Positions 44,652 to 54,445 of a stretch of DNA of 64,000 bases are shown here, piece after piece. The stretch is taken from positions 1 to 64,000 of the forward strand of contig CAWCMR010000003.1 in NCBI GenBank assembly GCA_963796685.1, in the 5' to 3' direction. This stretch comes from an uncultured delta proteobacterium. GTDB lineage: Bacteria > Myxococcota_A > Polyangia > Fen-1088. The number at the start of each line of letters is the position of its first letter. Position 1 is the stretch's first letter. Below the pieces are notes generated by a model. That model saw only the letters and a list, made by a program, of their open reading frames with translations. It was not told the DNA's origin and ran no database searches. The position numbers were made by a program, and so were the translations under genes.

Positions 44652-46277
44652 GTGGTTCGCCTCGACAACATCAGCAAGCAGCACGGCCCGCAAATCCTAT
44701 TTGTAGATGCCAGCGCCGCGCTCTTGCGTGGCGAGAAGGTGGGCCTCGTGGGACCGAACGGCGCGGGCAAGTCGACCGTCTTTCGCCTGATCATGGGCGA
44801 AGAATCGGTCGACGACGGGCAGATCTCCATCGACCGCAACGTGACCATCGGGCACTTCAGCCAGGACGTCGGCGAGATGAAGGGCATGTCCGCCCTGGCC
44901 GCCACCATGGACGGCGCCGGTCCGGTATCGGCCCTGGCCGGCGAGCTGCACGAGCTCGAGCATGCCATGGCGGATCCGGCGCGCGCCGATGAGCTAGACA
45001 AGTTAATCGATCGCTTCGGCCACGTGCAGGCCCGCTTCGACGAGCTGGGCGGGTACGCCCTGGAGGCGCGGGCGCGCGAGATCATGGCCGGCCTCGGGTT
45101 TTCGCAAGAGCAGATGGACGGTGATGTGGGCAACCTCTCGGGCGGGTGGAAGATGCGCGTGGCCCTGGCGCGTATCCTGCTGATGCGCCCCAACGTCATG
45201 CTGCTCGACGAGCCGTCGAACCACCTCGACATCGAGTCCATCATCTGGCTCGAGGGTTTTCTCAAGGACTTCGACGGCGCCCTGCTGATGACCACCCACG
45301 ACCGCGAGTTCATGAACCGCGTGGTCAGCAAGATCGTCGAGATCGACGGGGGTGTGCTGACCAGCTACTCGGGCAATTACGATTTCTACGAAAAGCAGCG
45401 CGCGCTGCACGCCGTCCAGGCCGAGGCCGCGTATGCGCGCCAGCAGGCCATGCTGGCCAAGGAGATCCGCTTCATCGAGCGCTTCAAGGCGCAGGCTTCG
45501 CACGCGGCGCAGGTGCAGTCGCGCGTGAAGAAGTTGGACAAGATCGAGAAGCTGGAACCGCCACGCCGCCGGCGCACCATTACCTTCGAGTTCCCGGAAT
45601 CGCCACGTTCGGGCGAGGACGTGGTCAAGATCGAGGGACTGTGCAAGCGGTACGGCGACCACGTCATCTACGACGACTTCAGCTTGATGATCCGGCGCAA
45701 GGAGCGCTGGAGCGTAATGGGCGTGAACGGCGCGGGCAAGTCGACGCTGCTCAAGCTGGTGGCGGGCGAGATCGCCGCCGATGGCGGGTCAGTCACGCTG
45801 GGCGCGGGCGTACGCATGGGCTACTTCGCCCAACACGCGATGGAGCTTCTCGATCCGCAGAAGACCGTCTACGAGACCCTGGAGGAGGCCTTTCCCCTGG
45901 CCTCGGTGGGCACGCTGAAATCGCTGGGCGGTTGCTTCGGCTTTTCGGGCAGCGACATCGACAAGGTGTGCCGCGTGCTTTCGGGCGGCGAGAAGGCCCG
46001 CGTGGTCATGGCCCGCTTGCTCTACGATAGGCCCAACCTGCTGGTCCTCGACGAACCCACCAACCACCTCGATCTGGCCACCAAGGAAATGCTCTTGTCC
46101 GCGCTACACGATTTCGAAGGCACCATGCTCTTCGTGTCGCACGACCGGCGCTTCCTGGCCGCGCTGTCCAACCGCGTGCTCGAGCTGGATGGCGGCACCA
46201 CCACCACCTACGGCGGTGGCTACCTGGAGTACGTCGCCCGTAGCGGACATGAGGCGCCCGGTCTGCGCGCCAAATAG
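44652..46277 (+). CDS. ABC-F family ATPase
   Basis: Two NBDs (GPNGAGKST/LSGGWKMR/LLDEPSNHLD and GVNGAGKST/LSGGEKAR/LDEPTNHLD) with a helical linker; no TM segments. Confidence 0.95.
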   Translation: MVRLDNISKQHGPQILFVDASAALLRGEKVGLVGPNGAGKSTVFRLIMGEESVDDGQISIDRNVTIGHFSQDVGEMKGMSALAATMDGAGPVSALAGELHELEHAMADPARADELDKLIDRFGHVQARFDELGGYALEARAREIMAGLGFSQEQMDGDVGNLSGGWKMRVALARILLMRPNVMLLDEPSNHLDIESIIWLEGFLKDFDGALLMTTHDREFMNRVVSKIVEIDGGVLTSYSGNYDFYEKQRALHAVQAEAAYARQQAMLAKEIRFIERFKAQASHAAQVQSRVKKLDKIEKLEPPRRRRTITFEFPESPRSGEDVVKIEGLCKRYGDHVIYDDFSLMIRRKERWSVMGVNGAGKSTLLKLVAGEIAADGGSVTLGAGVRMGYFAQHAMELLDPQKTVYETLEEAFPLASVGTLKSLGGCFGFSGSDIDKVCRVLSGGEKARVVMARLLYDRPNLLVLDEPTNHLDLATKEMLLSALHDFEGTMLFVSHDRRFLAALSNRVLELDGGTTTTYGGGYLEYVARSGHEAPGLRAK

Positions 46278-46329
46278 TTGACGGTCCTCGTTCCGGGGTG
46301 CGCGACCGCCCGCCCGAAGACCGTGCGCG

Positions 46330-47043
46330 TTGGTGCACCCCGGGCATCGCCTGCGTGGCCGGGGCTTGCCAGCAACGAAGGTGCACAGGGGCACTGTCCT
46401 TCCAGAAGATTGCGACGTATCCAGCAAGCTTCGAAAACAGCTCCTACCTGGGCGCGGACATGAACCGCGATGGACGGCTCGATCTGCTCGAATACGGCGC
46501 CGGGCTCACCATCTGGCTCGGGCAAGACGACGGTACCTTCGTCGCCAGCGCCACCTATCCCACGACAGGGACAGGCTCCACCTGGAACCTGACGGGCTAC
46601 GCCGCGGTCGGGGACTTCAACGAGGATGGGTTGGCCGACCTGGTTGTGACCAAGCCTGATGGCAGCGACGTGCAGATCCTCCCCGGACTGCCGGGGGGCG
46701 GATTGGGGGCTCTTCCGGGAGCTCCACTCTTTCGTCTCCTGATGGGCGATTTGGACGGTGACGGGCATCTCGACGTCGTCTTCACGCCAGTCGGCGCCGA
46801 CAGCAGCGGTGTGGGTCGGGTTCTGATCCGGCGAGGCAGTGGCCATGGGACCTTTGTCGGCCCGAGCTCCTACACGATTCCGAACGACAATCTCTCCGCG
46901 GCGGCGCTTGTGGACTGGGATGGAAACGGCACTCTCGACATCGTCATCAGGGGGATGAGCGGATTGCACATTCTCTACGGCGGCTCGACCTCCTTGTCGC
47001 GAACCAGAGCAGCATCATCGTGTTCCTCAACACGTGTCTGTAG
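46330..47043 (+). pseudogene. Truncated/frameshifted FG-GAP (VCBS) repeat gene
   Basis: ADMNRDGRLDL, GDFNEDGLADL, GDLDGDGHLDV and VDWDGNGTLDI; after ILYG the frame shifts to RLDLLVANQSSIIVFLNTCL* (46981-47043); no credible start or signal peptide. Confidence 0.7.
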
Positions 47044-47142
47044 AGCGTGGCGCGTGGCTCGAATAGCCACATACACAATTCTACTCTGTTGTTGTTCGCG
47101 AAGTGGGCATAGTCTGATCGTCCTTCCTCGGACGAGGTGCCC

Positions 47143-49167
47143 ATGGATGGCGTCAAAGGCCAACCGAAAGAACCTGGATGCGCTCTCGATGTCGTTCGAC
47201 TGATCGCCGAATTCGACAGCGAGACCTCGCACCTGACCTTCAGCGAAATCGCCAAGGGCGCGCTCAGGTTCATGACCGAACGGTTGCACATCGACCGTGC
47301 CTCATTGGCCCTCTTGAGCGATGACGGTCAGGCATTCCGGATGTTCGATGCCACCATCGAGGTGCGGGGGATCGAATCGGGCAAGATCATCCCGTTTGGA
47401 TCCGCCTCGCTTGGCGAAACGGTCGAGGCGCAAAGCCCGATTTACCGCGCGGACATTCGCGACTGGCCGAACAAGAACCCCGTCGACCAGGCCCTCGTGG
47501 CGGGCGGTCTTCTCTGCACCTTCAGCGTTCCGCTTTTGTCCGGCGGGCGTTGCTCTGGAACCCTGAATGCCGCCGTGAAGAGCGTCGGCGGTATCGATGC
47601 GGAGATACGCACCGTCATTGAGCTCGTGGCACCGAGGCTGGCCTATGCGCTGGCCATGGGCATCGCGCTCGACGCCTTGGCCGAGAGCGAAGCGCGATTT
47701 CGCGATGTATTCGATACCGTGGGCGATGGCATTGCGGTGGCCGATGTTTCGAATCGAAGGTTGCTGATGGCCAATGGGGCCATCGGCACCATGCTCGGGT
47801 ATTCCGTGGGCGAGTTGACGACCCTGAGCGTGAACGACCTTCACCCGCGGGACCGGGTCGAAGACATCGTCCAGATCTTCGACTCCATGGCTCGTGGCGA
47901 GCTCGACCGCGCCATGGAAATCCCGATGCAACACAAGAGCGGCGGCATCTTGCTTGCCGACGTCAGCGCAAGAAAGACCGTCATTGCCAACAAGCATTGT
48001 GTCGTTGGCGTCTTTCGGGACGCAACCGAGCGTCGGCGACGCGAGGACGAGCAGTTGCAGGTGCAAAAGCTGGAATCGATTCGCACGCTGGCGGCCGGTA
48101 TCGCCCACGACTTCAACAACCTGCTGACCGGCCTCGTCGGGAACATCAGCTTGGCGCAGATGCAGCTCGACAAGGGGCAGCAAGCCTGGGATCTGCTCGA
48201 CGAGGCCCAGCGTGCCGCGGCCCGAGGCACGGCGCTTACGCGGCAGCTTCTCACCTTCGCGAAGGGCGGAGCGCCCGTGCGCACGCAACTCGACCTGGTA
48301 CGGATCGTGCGCGACTCGGCCAATCTCGCGGCAAGCGGCAGCAACGTCCAGTGCCAGCTCGATCTGCCCGGCGAGGGCTGCACGGTGATGGGCGACGAGG
48401 GGCAGCTTGCGCAGGTCTTTCAAAACCTCGTGCGCAACGCGATCGAGGCCACGCCAGACGGCGGAACGGTGCAAGTTCGGGCGTGGCGCCAGAAGGCCCA
48501 TTCTGGCGAGGAGGTTTGTGTCGAGGTCGCCGACCACGGCGCCGGCATCGCGCCCGAGACGATCGAGAAGATCTTCACGCCGTTCTTCACCACCAAGGAC
48601 AAGGGTAGCGGGCTCGGTCTGGCGGTGGCGTACTCTGTCGTACGGAACCACGGCGGACGCATCGATGTGTCGTCGAAGCCCGGAGCGGGGAGCGCCTTTC
48701 GCGTCAGCCTTCCCGCGTGCACGGGGCGCGAATCGGTGCCGTCACCCTCGCCGGCAAGTCGTCCCGGTATCGGAACCATCATGGTCATGGACGACGATGC
48801 CATGGTCGTGCGCGTGGCCGAGCGGGTTCTGCGCAACGCAGGCTTTCGTACCCATGGCACCGCGAACGGCAAGGACGCGGTGACTGCTTACCGGGCGGCG
48901 TTGAGCCAAGGCCAGCGCTTCGATTTGGTGATTCTCGATCTCACGGTCCCGGGCGGAATGGGCGGGCGGGAAGCCGCCGAGCGGATCTTGGCCCTCGATG
49001 CGACAGCGCGCCTGATGGTGTCGAGTGGCTACTCGGAGGACTCGCTCATGGCCGAATTCCGCAGCCATGGCTTTTGCGCCGTCTTGCCCAAGCCCTACAA
49101 CGCGAAACAACTGTGCGAGGCTGTCCAGGCCGCGCTGCAGGCGGATCCGGAAGACGAATTGCCTTAG
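47143..49167 (+). CDS. GAF-PAS hybrid sensor histidine kinase with receiver
   Basis: GAF (FSVPLLSGG..GTLN); PAS; AHDFNNLL; NLVRNAIEA; GSGLGL; LVILDLTVPGGMGG. Confidence 0.93.
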   Translation: MDGVKGQPKEPGCALDVVRLIAEFDSETSHLTFSEIAKGALRFMTERLHIDRASLALLSDDGQAFRMFDATIEVRGIESGKIIPFGSASLGETVEAQSPIYRADIRDWPNKNPVDQALVAGGLLCTFSVPLLSGGRCSGTLNAAVKSVGGIDAEIRTVIELVAPRLAYALAMGIALDALAESEARFRDVFDTVGDGIAVADVSNRRLLMANGAIGTMLGYSVGELTTLSVNDLHPRDRVEDIVQIFDSMARGELDRAMEIPMQHKSGGILLADVSARKTVIANKHCVVGVFRDATERRRREDEQLQVQKLESIRTLAAGIAHDFNNLLTGLVGNISLAQMQLDKGQQAWDLLDEAQRAAARGTALTRQLLTFAKGGAPVRTQLDLVRIVRDSANLAASGSNVQCQLDLPGEGCTVMGDEGQLAQVFQNLVRNAIEATPDGGTVQVRAWRQKAHSGEEVCVEVADHGAGIAPETIEKIFTPFFTTKDKGSGLGLAVAYSVVRNHGGRIDVSSKPGAGSAFRVSLPACTGRESVPSPSPASRPGIGTIMVMDDDAMVVRVAERVLRNAGFRTHGTANGKDAVTAYRAALSQGQRFDLVILDLTVPGGMGGREAAERILALDATARLMVSSGYSEDSLMAEFRSHGFCAVLPKPYNAKQLCEAVQAALQADPEDELP

Positions 49168-50339
49168 AGCTTCTTGGCATCGTCAAGGGCGCGCGCGAAG
49201 GCGGGTAGCGAACGCTCGATGGTGTCCATGGGCACGGTCATGGAAAGCCGGATGTGGCCGCCACGGCCGAACCCGGTGCCGGGCACCGAGAGCACGCCGC
49301 GCGCGAGCAGAAGCTGCACGAAAGCCACGTCGTCGGGAATGGGCGTCTTCAAGAACACGTAGTACCCGCCCTCGGGCTTGCGCACGTCGTAGCCCGCGGC
49401 CGCCAACCCGTCGCACAGGACGTCGCGCTTGTGCTGGTAGGCGGCCACGTCCACGCACGCGTCCGCGGCCTCGGCCATGACCCATTGCCAGATGGCTGGC
49501 GCATTCACGAAGCCGAGGGTGCGATTGGCGAAGGCGCACGCCGCGAACAGCTGGGCCAAGTCGGGCAGGCGCGGGGAGAGGGCAAGAAAACCGATACGCT
49601 CGCCGGCCAGGGCCTGGGCCTTGGACCACGAGTAGCAGATGGCCGTGTTGGTGATGTGGGCCGCCACGTCGCTCTGCTTGCCGCCGTCATAGACCAGTTG
49701 CTTGTAGGGCTCGTCGCTGATGACCAGCGGTGGACTGGGCAGGCGCGACAACATCGATTCCAGCTTGCGCAGCACCGCGGTCGGGTAGACGCGGCCCGAG
49801 GGATTGTTGGGCGTGTTGAGGATGATGGCGCGTGTGCGCTTGGTGATGACCGCGAGGATATTGTCCACGCTCGGAAGACAATCCGCGTCCGTCTCGACCA
49901 CGATGGTCCGGCCACCATGATTACCGACGTAGAACGGGTACTCGGCGAAGTAGGGCGCAAGCAGAATGACCTCGTCGCCCGGATCGAGGATGGCCTTCAG
50001 GATGACGTTGCAGGCGGCAGCGGCGCCCGTGGTCATGCAGATGTGCTCGGCTCTGAAATCGAGGCCGCTGTCGCGGGCAAGCCGTCCGGCCATGACCGCG
50101 CGGACCTCGAGAAAGCCGGGATTCGGCATGTACCCGTGGCGGCCGGGGAGGTCGCGATTCACCACCTGGCGCAAGGCCGCCATCGTCTGCGCGGGCGGCT
50201 CGACCTCGGGGTTGCCGAGCGTGAAGTCGAAGATGTTCGCTTCGCCGCGTTCCTTCTTGAGGCGCGCCCCTTCCTCGAACATGCGCCGGATCCACGACGC
50301 GCGTTCGAGCTGCTGGGCGATGGTGCGCGCGACCGGCAT
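49164..50339 (-). CDS. PLP-dependent class I/II aminotransferase (aspartate/aromatic)
   Basis: NTPNNPSG; ISDEPY; SWSK...GERIG; GFG...HIRLS. Confidence 0.93.
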   Translation of the reverse strand: MPVARTIAQQLERASWIRRMFEEGARLKKERGEANIFDFTLGNPEVEPPAQTMAALRQVVNRDLPGRHGYMPNPGFLEVRAVMAGRLARDSGLDFRAEHICMTTGAAAACNVILKAILDPGDEVILLAPYFAEYPFYVGNHGGRTIVVETDADCLPSVDNILAVITKRTRAIILNTPNNPSGRVYPTAVLRKLESMLSRLPSPPLVISDEPYKQLVYDGGKQSDVAAHITNTAICYSWSKAQALAGERIGFLALSPRLPDLAQLFAACAFANRTLGFVNAPAIWQWVMAEAADACVDVAAYQHKRDVLCDGLAAAGYDVRKPEGGYYVFLKTPIPDDVAFVQLLLARGVLSVPGTGFGRGGHIRLSMTVPMDTIERSLPAFARALDDAKKL

Positions 50340-50770
50340 CAACCCTCGAGGAGCACGTCGGCGGCCAGCACGGGCACGCCCTTGGCCTGCAGAACCGTGA
50401 TGGCCGCGTCGGGATCGGCGAAGCGGAAGATCAGCACCGCCTTGCCTTCGTGCCCGAAGGGAAAGGCGTACATGTACTCGATGTTGACCGGCGAGCCTTC
50501 GAGCGCCGTGAGCACGCCTGCCAGGCCGCCGGGCTCGTCCGCCACCTCCACCGCCAGCACCTCGGTGGTCTTGACCACGTGGCCGGCATCCTCGAGCAGC
50601 TTGGTGGCCTTGGCTGCATCAGTCACGATGAGGCGCAGGATGCCGAAGCGCTGGGTGTCGGCCACGGACAGTGCCCGGATGTCCACGCCTTGCTCGGCCA
50701 GCAGGCGGCAGGGGGCGGCCAGATGTCCGGGCTTGTTTTCCGCGAAGATGGAGAGTTGCTGGATTTTCAT
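50339..50770 (-). CDS. Tandem ACT-domain protein
   Basis: [13 protein letters not shown]...[18 protein letters not shown]...DEPGGL...NIEYMYAF. Confidence 0.92.
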   Translation of the reverse strand: MKIQQLSIFAENKPGHLAAPCRLLAEQGVDIRALSVADTQRFGILRLIVTDAAKATKLLEDAGHVVKTTEVLAVEVADEPGGLAGVLTALEGSPVNIEYMYAFPFGHEGKAVLIFRFADPDAAITVLQAKGVPVLAADVLLEG

Positions 50771-52112
50771 GATTGCCCTCGCTTGTCGATGACCCGCTTG
50801 GCCTTGCCCTCGCTGCGCTGGATGGTGTGCGGCTCGACCAGGGTGACCTTGATGCGAATGCCGACCACGCGCTCGATGGTGTCCATGACCTTTTCGGCCA
50901 GCGCTTCCAGGGCGCCGACCTTGTCGCTGAAGATTTCGGGCGTGACCTCGACCTGCACCTCGATCTGGTCCAGGCCGTGCTCGCGCGTGAGGATGATCTG
51001 GTAGTGGGGCAGGGTGCCTTCCACCTCCAGCAGCGCCGCCTCGATCTGCGACGGGAACACGTTCACCCCGCGCACGATCAGCATGTCGTCGCTGCGCCGG
51101 CCGATGCGCCGCATGCGCCGCAGGGTGCGCCCGCACGGGCAGGCGCCGGGCAGAAGCGCGGTGATGTCGCGCGTGCGGTAGCGGATCATGGGCATGGCCC
51201 GCTTCGTCAGGGTGGTGAGCACCAATTCGCCTTCTTGGCCGTCGGGCAGCACCTGGCCGGTCTCGGGGTCGATGATCTCGGGGTAGAAGTGGTCCTCGAA
51301 GATGTGCAGGCCGTCGTGGTGCGGGCATTCGATGGCCACGCCCGGGCCGATAATCTCCGACAGGCCGTAGATGTCGAAGGCGCGCGATGTTGGCTCACGC
51401 TCTCGATGTGCCGGCGCATCGACTGCGGTCCACGGCTCGGCGCCGAACACGCCGGCACGCAAGCGGCAGGGATTTCGAAGTCGACGCCGAGCTGGCCCGC
51501 GCGATCGATGAGGTGCAGGAAGTAGCTGGGCGTGCAGCAGATGGCGGTGACGCCGAAATCCTTCATCACCATGATCTGGCGGTCGGTGTTGCCGCCCGAG
51601 ATGGGGATGACCGTGGCGCCGAGCGCCTCGGCGCCGTAGTGCGCGCCGAGGCCGCCGGTGAACAGGCCGTAGCCGTAGGCGTTCTGCACGATGTCGCCGT
51701 CGTGCAGACCGCAGGCGGCGAAGCTGCGCACCATGACCTGGGTCCAGACCTCGACGTCGTCCTTGGTGTAGGCCACCACGATGGGCTTGCCGGTGGTGCC
51801 GCTGGAGGCGTGCAGCCGCACCACCTCCTCGAGCGGGCTGGCGAACAGGCCGAAGGGGTAGGTGTCGCGCAGATCGGCTTTGGACGGTGAACGGCAGCTC
51901 GGCCAGGTCGCCCGGCGACTGGAGGTCCGCGGGTGCGATCTTGCGACCCTGCAGGCGCTCGCGGAAAAGGCAACCCGCTCGTAGGCGTGGCCCACGATGG
52001 CTTGCAGCCGATCGAGTTGCAGCTTGCGCAGCAGGGCCACGGGCACGAAGTCGGGCGCGCTCGCGGGATGGAAGGTGGGCTTGGCCTCTGTCGCTGATGG
52101 AATCGCCGTCAT
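50767..52112 (-). CDS. paaK: Phenylacetate-CoA ligase, read through about 5 frame switches (probable sequence errors or decay)
   Basis: [12 protein letters not shown]; [11 protein letters not shown]; CTPSY; FGAEPW; [12 protein letters not shown]; RYRTRD; [19 protein letters not shown]. The homology alternates between two frames in 51385-51970. Confidence 0.85.
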
Positions 52113-52121
52113 GATGTCTTC

Positions 52122-52607
52122 CTATGCGCCTTTCTGGGACGTCCTGCCGATGGCAAAAGCCTGCAAGTTGGCCGCGTGGAGCTTCTCGGGAAGTGCGGCT
52201 TGGATGGCCGCGTGCCACAGATTGTCGGCAAGATCGAGGTGGCGCGCAAGGGCTCCGAGCAGGGCCACGTTCAGGCTCTTCTTGTTGGCGAGGCTTGCCT
52301 CGTCGATCAGGCCGGGCTCGATCAGCACGCCCCCCGATTTCAGCATGGGGCGTGCGACCTCGATTTGGCTCTGCGACAGCACCACCAGACAGTCGGCCTC
52401 GCCTGGCGGCACCATGGGCGAAAAGACCTTCCTGCCGAAGCGCACGTCGCTCGACACCGAGCCGCCGCGTTGGCTCATGCCGTGGATTTCGCTCTTCTTG
52501 ACGTCGAAGCCGGCGCGGAACACGGCGCTGGCCAGGATGTCCGAGGCCTTGAGCACGCCCTGGCCACCCAGGCCGGCGATGACGATGTTGGTGATGTGGT
52601 TGCTCAT
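52122..52607 (-). CDS. iorB: Indolepyruvate:ferredoxin oxidoreductase beta subunit
   Basis: [13 protein letters not shown]; [22 protein letters not shown]; N.ALLGAL; ANLQAF..G. Confidence 0.92.
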   Translation of the reverse strand: MSNHITNIVIAGLGGQGVLKASDILASAVFRAGFDVKKSEIHGMSQRGGSVSSDVRFGRKVFSPMVPPGEADCLVVLSQSQIEVARPMLKSGGVLIEPGLIDEASLANKKSLNVALLGALARHLDLADNLWHAAIQAALPEKLHAANLQAFAIGRTSQKGA

Positions 52608-52608
52608 G

Positions 52609-54216
52609 TCACTTGGGGGCATTGGATTTCTCCCGAACCCTTATTGCGCCGGCTGCCAGCAGGCATGGGCGGCGGGCGATGATGAGGGTGAGCTCGTCCT
52701 TGTCCAGGGCCTCGCGCAGCACGCGCGCGATGCCGGCCGAGTCGAGGATGGGATCCACGACTTGAACGTTCTCGATGCCGAGGGCGCGGGCCAGCTCCTC
52801 GAAGCTCAGCTTGCCTGTCGCCTCGTGGTTGAGTCGGCGGCCCGTGCCCGGGTGCTCCTGCAGGCCGGTCATGGCCGTGGTGCCGTTATCCAGGATGACC
52901 AGCACGTGGCCGGTGAGGGGCGGGTTGTAGATCATCTCGACCAGACCCGTGATACCGCTGTGGACGAAGGTCGAGTCGCCGATCACGCTGACCACCCGAC
53001 GCGCCTGCTCGGGCGGCAGGGCGTGGCGCAGGCCCAGGCCCACGCCGATGGAAGCACCCATGCACACGCAGGTGTCCATGGCGGAGAACGGCGGCAGGAC
53101 GCCGAGGGTGTAGCAGCCGATGTCGCCGGACACGATGCAGTCGAGGTCGTGCAAGACCTCGAAGACATTGCGGTGCGGGCAGCCCGGGCAAAGCTCGGGC
53201 GGTTTGCCGGGCGCCGGCGCGGCCTCGGTCGAGGTGTCGCCCGCGACGATGCGACGGACGCGCGCGACGTTCAGCTCGCCGAAGCGGTACATCTCGGGCT
53301 TGTTCTCGGCGGCGATGCCGGCCGTGCGCGCGGCCTCGTAGAGGAAAGGATCGCCTTCTTCCACGACCAGGCAACGCTCGACGGAGGCGGCGAAGCGTCG
53401 CATGGTCTCGACGGGCAGCGGGTAGGTGAGGCCGATCTTGAGCACGCGCGCCTCGGGTGCGGCCTCGCGCACGTGCTGAAAGGAAATGCCGGAGGTGATG
53501 ATGCCCAAGGTGCCCCCGCCCTCGACGATCTGGCTTGGTCCCTCGCTGTCGTTCCAGGCCGCCAGCTCGGCCAGCTTCGCCCGCAGCCGCTTGTGCGCCG
53601 GCCGCGCGTAGGCGGGAATCATCACGCGGCCGGGAATGTCGCGCACGAAACCGACCGGTTTGGCCGGCGGTACGGGATAGCCCGGCGTTTGCAGCGCCGT
53701 GGCCGAGTGGCACACCCGCGTGGTCATGCGTAGCAGGACCGGCACGTGCCAGCGTTCGGACAGCGCGAACGCGCGCAGGGTGAAATCGTAGGCTTCCTGC
53801 GAATCCGCCGGCTCCAGCATGGGCAGGCCCGCGGCGACCGCGAAGCGCCGGTTGTCCTGCTCGTTCTGGCTGGAGGCCATGCCGGGATCGTCGGCCGACA
53901 CGATCACGAGGCCCCCCGACACGCCCGTGTAGGCCACCGTGAAGAGCGGATCCGCCGCCACGTTGAGGCCCACGTGCTTCATGGTGACGAGCGCCCGCGC
54001 ACCCGCGAAGGCCGCGCCGATGCCCACCTCCAGCGCCACCTTCTCGTTGGGCGCCCACTGGGCGGGTCCCCCTAATCCGTCGAAGAATTCCAGGATTTCC
54101 GTCGACGGTGTGCCAGGGTAGCCCGTACCGAGCTTGACCCCCGCCTGCATCGCGGCCAGGGCCACCGCCTCGTTGCCGCTCGCCAACCGACGGCCTACTT
54201 CGTGTTGCTGTGACAT
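52609..54216 (-). CDS. iorA: Indolepyruvate:ferredoxin oxidoreductase alpha subunit (TPP-binding)
   Basis: GYPGTPSTE; NEKVALE; MKHVGLNVAAD; SSQNEQD; LCPGCPHR; GDIGCY; IGDSTFVHSG...LDNGTTAMTG. Confidence 0.94.
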   Translation of the reverse strand: MSQQHEVGRRLASGNEAVALAAMQAGVKLGTGYPGTPSTEILEFFDGLGGPAQWAPNEKVALEVGIGAAFAGARALVTMKHVGLNVAADPLFTVAYTGVSGGLVIVSADDPGMASSQNEQDNRRFAVAAGLPMLEPADSQEAYDFTLRAFALSERWHVPVLLRMTTRVCHSATALQTPGYPVPPAKPVGFVRDIPGRVMIPAYARPAHKRLRAKLAELAAWNDSEGPSQIVEGGGTLGIITSGISFQHVREAAPEARVLKIGLTYPLPVETMRRFAASVERCLVVEEGDPFLYEAARTAGIAAENKPEMYRFGELNVARVRRIVAGDTSTEAAPAPGKPPELCPGCPHRNVFEVLHDLDCIVSGDIGCYTLGVLPPFSAMDTCVCMGASIGVGLGLRHALPPEQARRVVSVIGDSTFVHSGITGLVEMIYNPPLTGHVLVILDNGTTAMTGLQEHPGTGRRLNHEATGKLSFEELARALGIENVQVVDPILDSAGIARVLREALDKDELTLIIARRPCLLAAGAIRVREKSNAPK

Positions 54217-54445
54217 GGAATGCTACCTCGAACGCCGGACCTTGGCCCAATCGAATCGAGGAGACAAGAGCCTTCCAACGGATTACGTTCCGTCGAAACC
54301 GTGGCCTTGCGCGCACAGAGTGTGCCCGTGGCCACGGGACGCTGTTCGTGGCAAACACGACCTTTCGGCCATCCGTACGGCCTGCTCGCGACCTGATGGA
54401 TGTCGTGCTCGCAGTCGCGAGCTTACTCCTGCCGAGCCGGCCTCG

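Noticed and set aside
44652-46277. Antibiotic-resistance ABC-F
   Set aside because: No leader peptide/attenuator or mobile context was seen; consistent with a housekeeping ABC-F
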